Shown: positions 34,718 through 41,124 of the stretch, piece after piece
Numbering within the stretch: the first letter of the stretch is position 1
How the letters are laid out: the number at the start of each line of letters is the position of its first letter
Translations under genes and position numbers: made by a program
Notes under the pieces: generated by a model
What the model was told of the DNA's origin: nothing
Seen by the model: only the letters and a program-made list of their open reading frames with translations
Database searches by the model: none
Virus record (IMG/VR): IMGVR_UViG_3300017645_000007
Coordinates: 1 to 41,124 of that record
DNA from: a virus
Taxonomy: Duplodnaviria > Caudoviricetes
Length of the DNA stretch: 41,124 nucleotides
Strand: one strand, 5' to 3'

Positions 34718-35560
34718 TCAGCAGTCGGTTTCGATGGTGGCGTCGGCGCCGGTGGCGGCCGGGCGGCGGCTGAAGCCGTTCGGCGCCTGCTCGATCTTGG
34801 CCTCCAAGGCTGCGAGATCGCCGGCCACCTTGGCGATCGCGGCGCTGTTGGTGGCGCTTGACGCCTGGATGGTGTCGGCGAGCTTGCCGAGGCCCTCGGT
34901 CAGCAGCGCGGCGAAATTGTCGTTTGCGGGCTTGGGCTGCTCGATCGGCTTGGGCTCTTCAACCTTGGGCTGGCCGGCAACGAGGCCAGAGAGCCACGAC
35001 TTGAAGGTGTTGATCGCGCCGTCCTCGGCCGCCGGCGGCGCGGCCTCGAACTCGATCGGTTCGCTCAGCTCGATCGCGGAGAAGAGGTTTTCGGGGGCAG
35101 TCTTGCGGCCGTCGAACATCGGCTTCAGCGCCGAAAAGGTAAGCGCCTCGACGCCCAGCGAGGCGGGATTATCGGTGACCGCGAGCCCGATCAGGCCGAT
35201 CTTGCCGGTGCCGGCGAAGTTCGGGCTGATCTCGACCGATGGATAGGGCTTCTGGCCGGCCTTGCGGATCGCGACGAGCTGATCGTTGCCGTCCACCTGA
35301 CAATAGAGCGCGCGGCGTTGGACCGACTTGCCGTCGATCTCGATCGTGTCGGTCTGCGCCTTGACGGCGATGACGTCGCCGTAACCATTGAACGGCGGCT
35401 CCGGGCTGAAGCCCTTAATGTGCTCGCAGTTGATTCGCACCGGCGCGGTGGCTGGATTGAAGTTCCCCACGATCTGATCGATCCAGGCGGCCTCGACCTT
35501 GCGGCCGTCCGAAACGGTCTGCCCTTCAACGAAGGCGCGGAAAAACTTGCTTTTGGCCAT
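34718..35560 (-). CDS. gpO: Capsid scaffolding protein/protease GpO
   Basis: ATG 35560; SKFFR...DGRK...INCEH...GLAVTDNPASLG; ends TDC. Confidence 0.94.
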   Translation of the reverse strand: MAKSKFFRAFVEGQTVSDGRKVEAAWIDQIVGNFNPATAPVRINCEHIKGFSPEPPFNGYGDVIAVKAQTDTIEIDGKSVQRRALYCQVDGNDQLVAIRKAGQKPYPSVEISPNFAGTGKIGLIGLAVTDNPASLGVEALTFSALKPMFDGRKTAPENLFSAIELSEPIEFEAAPPAAEDGAINTFKSWLSGLVAGQPKVEEPKPIEQPKPANDNFAALLTEGLGKLADTIQASSATNSAAIAKVAGDLAALEAKIEQAPNGFSRRPAATGADATIETDC

Positions 35561-35646
35561 GGCGGGTCTCTGCTCCGAATGATGCGGCTCTGGCGCCGGC
35601 GTGTCGGCGGAACAGGGACCGGAGAGGCGGCGACGCGCAACGCGCG

Positions 35647-35674
35647 CGCGTCCTAAAGCCCGGTTCCAAGACGC
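35647..35674. promoter_or_regulatory. Late-promoter activator site, copy 3, between divergent O and P
   Basis: Reverse complement GCGTCTTGGAACCGGGCTTTAGGACGCG. Confidence 0.8.
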
Positions 35675-35718
35675 CGCGCCGCCGCGCGGCGGCGAGCGAG
35701 GCGGCAAGGTCCGGCGCC

Positions 35719-37740
35719 ATGTCGTTGCCGCCCTCGACCATGCCGATCCCGATCGACGCGCGCCGCCAGGCGCGCTCGCTTTATTGGCGTGGGTGGGGCG
35801 TGACGCAGATCGCCGACGAGCTGCAGATCAAGCGGGCGACGATCGAGAGCTGGAAGCAGCGAGAAAAATGGGATGACGCGGCCTCGCTATCGAAGATCGA
35901 AGATGCGCTGGAATGTCGGCTGAACCTGCTGATCGCGAAAGAAAATAAAGAAGGAAAGGACTTCAAGGAGATCGACCTGCTGATGCGCGCCGTCGTCTCG
36001 GCCGCGCGTGTGCGGCGGTATGAGGCGCCCGGCGGTCATGAGGGCGATCTCAACGAGAAGGTCGCGAACCGGAACGCCGGCCCAAAGAAGACGCCGAAGC
36101 GCAATTTCCTAACGCCGGAGCAGATCGAGGCGCTTCGACAGGATTTCTTCGCCAATTTATTCGGCTATCAGGCGCTCTGGTGGGAAGAGCGCAATCAGCG
36201 CACCCGCTTCATCCTGAAATCACGACAGATCGGCGCGACCTGGTATTTCGCGCGCGAGGCGCTGCTCGATGCGCTCGAGACGGGCCGCAACCAGATATTC
36301 CTGTCGGCGTCGCGCAACCAGGCGAACATCTTCCGCAGCTACATCGTCGAGTGGGTCTATGCGGTGACCGGCGTCCAGCTCACCGGCGAGCATCTGACGC
36401 TCGATCGCGGCGATGACGAGGACGGCAAGGCGCTTGAGCAGCCGACGATCTATTTCCTCGGCACCAATTACCGGACGGCGCAGGGCTATCACGGCAACTT
36501 CTATTTCGATGAATGCTTCTGGGTCCACGGCTTCGAGCAGATCGAAGGCGTGGCCAGCGGCATGGCCACCCAGAAGCGCTATCGCGAGACCTATTTCTCG
36601 ACGCCCAGCTCGATCAGGCACGAGGCCTATTCCAAGTGGACTGGCAAGCAGTGGGCGGAGGGGCGGCCCAAGAGCGAGCGGGCGAAGATCGACGTCAGTC
36701 ACAAGGCGCTGAAGGAGGGCGCGCTCGGGCCGGATCGGATCTGGCGTCACATCGTCACGATCGAGGATGCCGAGGCGGCCGGCTGCGACCTGTTCGACAT
36801 CGAGGAGCTGCGCGCGCGCAAGGCGCCCGACGTCTTCGACAATCTCTACATGTGCAATTTCGTCGACGATACGGTGTCGATGTTCCCCTTCGCGCTGATG
36901 CGGCGGGCGTGCGTCGACAGCTTTGACGCGTGGCGCGATTTCGACCCCTATGCGCTGCGGCCATTCGGCGATCGCGAGGTGTGGATCGGCTATGATCCGC
37001 AGGAGAGCGCCAATGGCGACGATGCCGCGTGCGTCGTCGTCGCGCCGCCGGCCGGGCCGAAAGGCAAGTTCCGAGTGCTCGAGAAGCACCGCTGGAAGGG
37101 CAAGGACTTCACCGAGCAGGCGGCGGAGATCGAGAAGCTTTGCGACCGCTACAATGTCCAGCACATCGCGATCGATACGACCGGCGCCGGCGCGGCCGTC
37201 TGGCAGTGCGTCGTCAAATTCTTCCCGCGCGCGGTGCGGATCGACTACAGTCTGCAGGTGAAATCGGCGATGGTCTACAAGGCCAAGCACGTCTTCACCG
37301 CCGGCCGGATCGAGTTCGACGCCGCGTGGAACGACATCGCCGCGAGCTTCATGGCCATTCGCCCGCAGCTCACCGGGTCGGGCCGCCAAATCACCTATGT
37401 AGCGCAGCGCAGCGATGCGATCGGCCACGCCGATCTCGCCTGGGCGATCATGCACGCTCTCTACAACGAGCCTTTGGACGCGGACGATGGTCGACCGCGC
37501 AAGAGCAGACTGAGGATCATCACCGATGACGGACAGCCCAGCCCACGGCAGCGCCGACGCCGCAACCGCGCCCCGGAAGGGCGCCGCCGCCCGGATGTTC
37601 AGCTTCGGCGACCCGGAGCCGGTGCTGGATCGCCGCGACCTGTTCGGCATGCTGGAGTGCGTGCGCAACAGCCGCTGGTACGAGCCGCCCATCTCGATGC
37701 GCGGCCTCGCGCGCGCCTACCGGATCGCGCCGCATCATAG
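35719..37740 (+). CDS. gpP: Terminase ATPase subunit GpP
   Basis: ILKSRQIGATWYFARE, FYFDECFW, FSTPS, WIGYDP, HADLAWA; C-terminal ~70 aa overlap the portal gene. Confidence 0.96.
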   Translation: MSLPPSTMPIPIDARRQARSLYWRGWGVTQIADELQIKRATIESWKQREKWDDAASLSKIEDALECRLNLLIAKENKEGKDFKEIDLLMRAVVSAARVRRYEAPGGHEGDLNEKVANRNAGPKKTPKRNFLTPEQIEALRQDFFANLFGYQALWWEERNQRTRFILKSRQIGATWYFAREALLDALETGRNQIFLSASRNQANIFRSYIVEWVYAVTGVQLTGEHLTLDRGDDEDGKALEQPTIYFLGTNYRTAQGYHGNFYFDECFWVHGFEQIEGVASGMATQKRYRETYFSTPSSIRHEAYSKWTGKQWAEGRPKSERAKIDVSHKALKEGALGPDRIWRHIVTIEDAEAAGCDLFDIEELRARKAPDVFDNLYMCNFVDDTVSMFPFALMRRACVDSFDAWRDFDPYALRPFGDREVWIGYDPQESANGDDAACVVVAPPAGPKGKFRVLEKHRWKGKDFTEQAAEIEKLCDRYNVQHIAIDTTGAGAAVWQCVVKFFPRAVRIDYSLQVKSAMVYKAKHVFTAGRIEFDAAWNDIAASFMAIRPQLTGSGRQITYVAQRSDAIGHADLAWAIMHALYNEPLDADDGRPRKSRLRIITDDGQPSPRQRRRRNRAPEGRRRPDVQLRRPGAGAGSPRPVRHAGVRAQQPLVRAAHLDARPRARLPDRAAS

Positions 37741-38560
37741 CTCGGCTATCGTCGTCAAGCGCAATCTGCTGCTCAAGACCTTCGTGCCGACGAAGCTGCT
37801 GTCGGCGTCGACCTTCGGCCGGTGGGTGCTCGATTATCTTGTGCTCGGCAACGGATATCTCGAGCGGCGTGACAATATGCTCGGCCGGCCGATGGAGATG
37901 GCGCCGGTGCTCGGCGTCTATACGCGCGTCGGCATCGAGGAGGGCCATTATTGGTTCGTCACCGATATGCGCGCGCCGCACGCGTTCGAGCCGGGCAGCG
38001 TCTTCCACATCGCCGAGCCCGATCTCGCCCAGGAGATCTACGGGATGCCCGACTATCTGTCGGCGCTGCAGAGCTCGCTGCTCAACGAGGCGGCCACCTT
38101 GTTCCGCCGGCGCTATTATCAAAACGGGTCGCACGCCGGGTTCATTCTCTATGCGACCGACGCCGAGCTGGACGATGAGGATGCCGACGGCCTCGAGGAG
38201 GCGCTGCAGGGAACGAAGGGTGTCGGCAATTTCCGCAATCTGTTTCTCCACGTGCCGGGCGGGAAGAAGGACGGGCTACAGCTGATCCCGATCGGCGAGG
38301 CCGCGGCGAAGGACGAATTTCTCGGAATCAAGAACACGACGCGTGACGACATGCTCGCCGCGCACCGCGTGCCGCCTCAGCTGCTCGGCGTGGTGCCGGC
38401 CAATGCCGGCGGGTTCGGCGATGTCGAGAAGGCGGCCGACGTCTTCTTTCGCAATGAGATCGAACCGCTGCAGGCGCGTTTCCTCGAGCTGAACGACTGG
38501 CTGGGCGTCGAGGCGGTGCGGTTCCGGCCCTACGATCTGCTTTCGGCCGTCGCGGCCTGA
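37526..38560 (+). CDS. gpQ: Portal protein GpQ
   Basis: FSFGDPEPVLD...WYEPPIS...QEIYGMPDY...AAHRVPPQLLG. Confidence 0.96.
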   Translation: MTDSPAHGSADAATAPRKGAAARMFSFGDPEPVLDRRDLFGMLECVRNSRWYEPPISMRGLARAYRIAPHHSSAIVVKRNLLLKTFVPTKLLSASTFGRWVLDYLVLGNGYLERRDNMLGRPMEMAPVLGVYTRVGIEEGHYWFVTDMRAPHAFEPGSVFHIAEPDLAQEIYGMPDYLSALQSSLLNEAATLFRRRYYQNGSHAGFILYATDAELDDEDADGLEEALQGTKGVGNFRNLFLHVPGGKKDGLQLIPIGEAAAKDEFLGIKNTTRDDMLAAHRVPPQLLGVVPANAGGFGDVEKAADVFFRNEIEPLQARFLELNDWLGVEAVRFRPYDLLSAVAA

Positions 38561-38568
38561 CATCCGTT

Positions 38569-38687
38569 CCCGCCCGGTGACGGCCGGGCGGGGGGAGCCG
38601 CGCGCGAACGCGGCCCACCGGCGAGCGGACACTCGCCACGACCTGACTGGCCGATCAGGCCGCCCCGCACCCGTGCACCGGGCGGGG
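38569..38687 (+). ncRNA. Candidate structured RNA/leader of five adjacent hairpins upstream of the Dam-like MTase
   Basis: Stems CCCGCCCGG/CCGGGCGGG, GCCGCG/CGCGGC, GGCGAG/CTCGCC, CCTGA/TCAGG, CCCCGCaCCCG/CGGGCGGGG. Confidence 0.45.
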
Positions 38688-38709
38688 TCTCCTTGCGTGA
38701 GTGATCCTT

Positions 38710-39516
38710 ATGAAATCGTTAAGCATGCCTGTTTCCCCCGTCTCTCCCGCCGCAGGCTATATCGGCGGCAAGCGCAATCTGGCGCGGCGGCTGGTGTCGA
38801 TCATCGATCGGATCGACTGCGACGCCTATGCCGAGCCTTTCGTCGGGATGGGCGGGATTTTCCTGCGCCGCACGCGGCGGCCGGCGGCCGAGTTCATTAA
38901 TGACGTGTCGGGTGACGTGGCCACCTTCTTCCGCGTGCTGCAGGAGCATTATCCCTATTTCATCGACATGCTGCGCTGGCGCGTGGCGAGCCGCGCCGAG
39001 TTCGAGCGGCTGCGCGCGCTGCCGGCCGAGCGGCTGACCGATCTGCAACGCGCGGCGCGGTTTCTTTATCTGCAGCGGCTGGCGTTCGGCGGAAAGGTGA
39101 GCGGGCGGAATTTCGGCGTAAGCCGGGGACAGGGCGCACGGTTCAACGTCGCGAAGCTCGAGCCGATGCTGGCGGATATCCACGAGCGGCTGGCCGGCGT
39201 CGTGATCGAGCGGCTGGGCTATGGTGAGTTCATCCGGCGTTATGATGGTGCGGGCACGCTCTTCTATCTCGATCCGCCCTATTTCGGGTGCGAGCGCGAT
39301 TACGGCCAGGACGTCTTCGGCCGCGACGATTTCGCACAGCTGGCCGAGCAGCTCGCCGGCATCAAGGGGCGCTTCCTGCTGTCGATCAATGACCGGCCCG
39401 AGGTGCGCGAGATCTTCGCGCGGTTCCGGCACATCGAGGTGACCACCACCTATCAGGTCGGCGATACGCCTCGGCCGGCGCGCGAGCTCATCCTGTCGAA
39501 CTTCGACGCCGCATAG
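38710..39516 (+). CDS. D12-class (Dam-like) N6-adenine DNA methyltransferase; start uncertain (38701/38710/38725)
   Basis: YIGGKRNLA, YAEPFVGMGGIF, FINDV, FYLDPPY. Confidence 0.93.
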   Translation: MKSLSMPVSPVSPAAGYIGGKRNLARRLVSIIDRIDCDAYAEPFVGMGGIFLRRTRRPAAEFINDVSGDVATFFRVLQEHYPYFIDMLRWRVASRAEFERLRALPAERLTDLQRAARFLYLQRLAFGGKVSGRNFGVSRGQGARFNVAKLEPMLADIHERLAGVVIERLGYGEFIRRYDGAGTLFYLDPPYFGCERDYGQDVFGRDDFAQLAEQLAGIKGRFLLSINDRPEVREIFARFRHIEVTTTYQVGDTPRPARELILSNFDAA

Positions 39517-39841
39517 CAGTGTGAGGCGGCGCTTCCGGGCGCCGCCTCGCCTTGGCGGCGGCCAGCCCTCGTGCGCGGCCGCCCAGATCGGCCACCTCGC
39601 GCAGACCCTCCCGGGCGCGGACGTCGCGTTCGGTGTCCTCGGTCGGCGCCGATGACTCGATGTCCACGCCGACGTTCAGATACGTCACCCGATCCCACGG
39701 CTCGCGGCTCCCCAGCTTGCGCGCGACCGCGTCGGCGTGCGCCTCCTCCTTCGTCGCTCGCCACAGGCCCATCGGCCGGCCGAACAGCCGCACCCGATAG
39801 CGCCGCAGCTCGCGCGGCCACTCAACCCCATCCCCCGTCAT
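39488..39841 (-). CDS. Hypothetical protein
   Basis: RYRVRLFGRPMGLWRATKEEAHADAV... reads as protein-like; C-terminal end uncertain. Confidence 0.5.
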   Translation of the reverse strand: MTGDGVEWPRELRRYRVRLFGRPMGLWRATKEEAHADAVARKLGSREPWDRVTYLNVGVDIESSAPTEDTERDVRAREGLREVADLGGRARGLAAAKARRRPEAPPHTAMRRRSSTG

Positions 39842-39892
39842 GCTCGCGTCGTCACTCCCCTGCCCGATCGCACCTTAACCCGCCGCGCGGCG

Positions 39893-39911
39893 CAAGGCCC
39901 CCCGCCTCGCC
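39893..39911 (-). other. cos (19-nt cohesive end) candidate
   Basis: Minus strand GGCGAGGCGGGGGGCCTTG versus recalled P2 cos GGCGAGGCGGGGAAAGCAC (first 12 nt identical); lies beyond the portal gene as in P2. Confidence 0.8.
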
Positions 39912-40124
39912 TGCCCGCTTTTTGGGTCGGTTTTGATGCGCTTCATATCTGTCGATGCATCCGCCTGTAGCCGCCGGAAATAGCGGCTATCAGCCTCGTG
40001 GCGCGCCGATTGGCGTGGCCGATCGCTGATGCGGATTGATGCACCCAGGCGGCCCTAAAGGTCGTCGTGTGCTGGCGAATGATTTTCGCGCACGGCCGCC
40101 TTCAGGGCGAGGGGTGGTCTCGGA

Positions 40125-40380
40125 AAAACCTAACATCCCTGACCACCCCCACCTTTTTGGAATTAACACACTCATTTTATTGGCGTTTCCCTGTTAGGGT
40201 TCACCCCTAATCTGGCCTGACCTTTTTTCCGCAAAAACCTAACCACCGCAGAAATCCGCCGTTTTTTGATCTCGAAATGTTAGGTCTCTCTCACCTAATC
40301 AGGTTAGGTCGATGTTAGGCCCAATGTTAGGTGAAAAACGGCGGAAATCCGCCGATGTTAGGAATGTTAGGTTTTTTGCG
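40125..40380. repeat. Iteron cluster, probable replication origin
   Basis: About 13 copies of TGTTAGG/CCTAACA and variants in both orientations within an AT-richer tract. Confidence 0.75.
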
Positions 40381-40630
40381 AGACTGCCCTCGTATCTGGG
40401 GGAGGATGGCCGACTTTGCCGAAATCGCCATAGCTCCTGCAGCTTCTGGTGATCGTCATGTCAGCAAAGCGCTCCGCTATCTGGTCGGCGAGAAGGTCGA
40501 GAGCCGCTCGGCGCTTCTCGAAATTATCACGGCGGATGTCGGCATAGATGCCAGCCTTAGCCTGGCCGAGGGCAAAGCGGATCTCGAAACGCACGTCTTC
40601 CGGCGCCAGCAGTTGAGGGGGTTGCTTCAC
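40367..40630 (-). CDS. Hypothetical protein (second gene of the LexA-box operon)
   Basis: 87 aa ORF; GTGA overlap with the upstream gene. Confidence 0.6.
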   Translation of the reverse strand: MKQPPQLLAPEDVRFEIRFALGQAKAGIYADIRRDNFEKRRAALDLLADQIAERFADMTITRSCRSYGDFGKVGHPPPDTRAVSQKT

Positions 40631-40848
40631 AGGCTGAGCCAGTCGGTTTCAGCGTCGTCGATCGCGGCGAAGGTGTCTCCCTCGGCCGATAATGAGCGCA
40701 GCCGCGCGCGAACGTCTTCCGGCGAGCCGTCGCGCGGAAAAAGAGGGTCCTTGCGGGCCGAGTTGGCCAGCTCGTCAATCCAATCACCTCGATCGCGCTG
40801 GGCTAAGAGCCAGCGGCCGAATGGTTCACGTTGCATTTTGCGCCTCAC
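40627..40848 (-). CDS. YozE/SAM-like small protein
   Basis: PFGRWLLAQRDRGDWIDELANSARKDPLFPR...AIDDAETDW. Confidence 0.65.
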   Translation of the reverse strand: MRRKMQREPFGRWLLAQRDRGDWIDELANSARKDPLFPRDGSPEDVRARLRSLSAEGDTFAAIDDAETDWLSL

Positions 40849-40876
40849 GAATCGCGTTGAAGCGCAACTTTATCAT

Positions 40877-40920
40877 GTTCCCCTTACGTTCTTAAAGAGC
40901 AACGGGAACAGCCAACGAAC
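40877..40920. promoter_or_regulatory. Two alphaproteobacterial LexA boxes
   Basis: GTTC-CCCTTAC-GTTC (40877-40891) and GAAC-AGCCAAC-GAAC (40906-40920). Confidence 0.8.
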
Positions 40921-40983
40921 AGACTGTGCCGCCTATTGTGACACCACAAACCGATGCTCGCCGCGCGTTTCGCGCTTTCTGCG

Positions 40984-41012
40984 TTGACCTGAAAGCGCGG
41001 TTTGTCTAGGCG
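40984..41012 (+). promoter_or_regulatory. Putative tRNA promoter
   Basis: TTGACC-N17-TAGGCG ending 10 nt before the tRNA. Confidence 0.55.
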
Positions 41013-41022
41013 TTCAGCCGTT

Positions 41023-41115
41023 GGAGACGTGGGTGAGTGGCTGAAACCAGCGGTTTGCTAAACCGTCGTACGATTTAAGGTCGTACCCCGGGTTCGAATC
41101 CCGGCGTCTCCGCCA
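41023..41115 (+). tRNA. tRNA-Ser (anticodon GCT)
   Basis: Acceptor GGAGACG/CGTCTCC-GCCA; anticodon arm GCGGT-TTGCTAA-ACCGT; long variable arm; T loop GTTCGAATC. Confidence 0.97.
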
Positions 41116-41124
41116 CCCACACAT

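Larger units (their letters stand above)
1..41022. mobile_element. P2-like prophage; left end (attL) lies outside the window, right boundary approximate (at or near tRNA-Ser)
   Basis: Complete set of P2-type head, tail, baseplate and lysis homologues plus integrase, CI/Cro, Ogr, primase-helicase and cos. Confidence 0.95.

Noticed and set aside
39523-39548. Perfect 10-bp hairpin after the MTase as an intrinsic terminator
   Set aside because: No U-tract on either strand and it lies inside a possible ORF
40125-40380. TTAGG repeats as a CRISPR array or telomere
   Set aside because: Units are 7-8 bp, irregularly spaced and in both orientations
40331-40987. 218-aa plus-strand ORF
   Set aside because: Antisense to two coupled minus-strand genes and overlaps the iterons and LexA boxes

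Overview
A nearly complete P2-like (Peduovirus-type, contractile-tail) temperate prophage in a high-GC alphaproteobacterial genome. The host is most likely Sphingomonadaceae, inferred from a GapR homologue, GTTC-N7-GTTC LexA boxes and a sphingomonad-type MarR wHTH. Left to right: integrase 5' part and xis; early genes (N6-adenine MTase, Myb/HTH-repeat proteins, GapR, P4-alpha-like primase-helicase, Ogr, CII-like); the Cro/CI switch; an accessory region at about 10.3-15.7 kb; tail, baseplate, lysis and head genes; a Dam-type MTase; a P2-type cos; an iteron-rich candidate origin; a two-gene operon under LexA boxes; and an intact tRNA-Ser(GCT) at the right end. The accessory region holds DUF2939, a low-GC moron, an SNase-like nuclease, HigBA, a MarR-like regulator, a candidate anti-CRISPR operon and a serine recombinase. 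The most notable item is 13663-14501: a strong sigma70-like promoter with a palindromic operator, then an unannotated acidic 52-aa ORF, then a protein whose N-terminal domain resembles the Cas8c C-terminus (Cas11c) fused to an HTH. No other cas gene or CRISPR array is present, so this is a candidate Cas11-mimic anti-CRISPR/Aca fusion. All family assignments come from motif recognition by eye; no searches were run.
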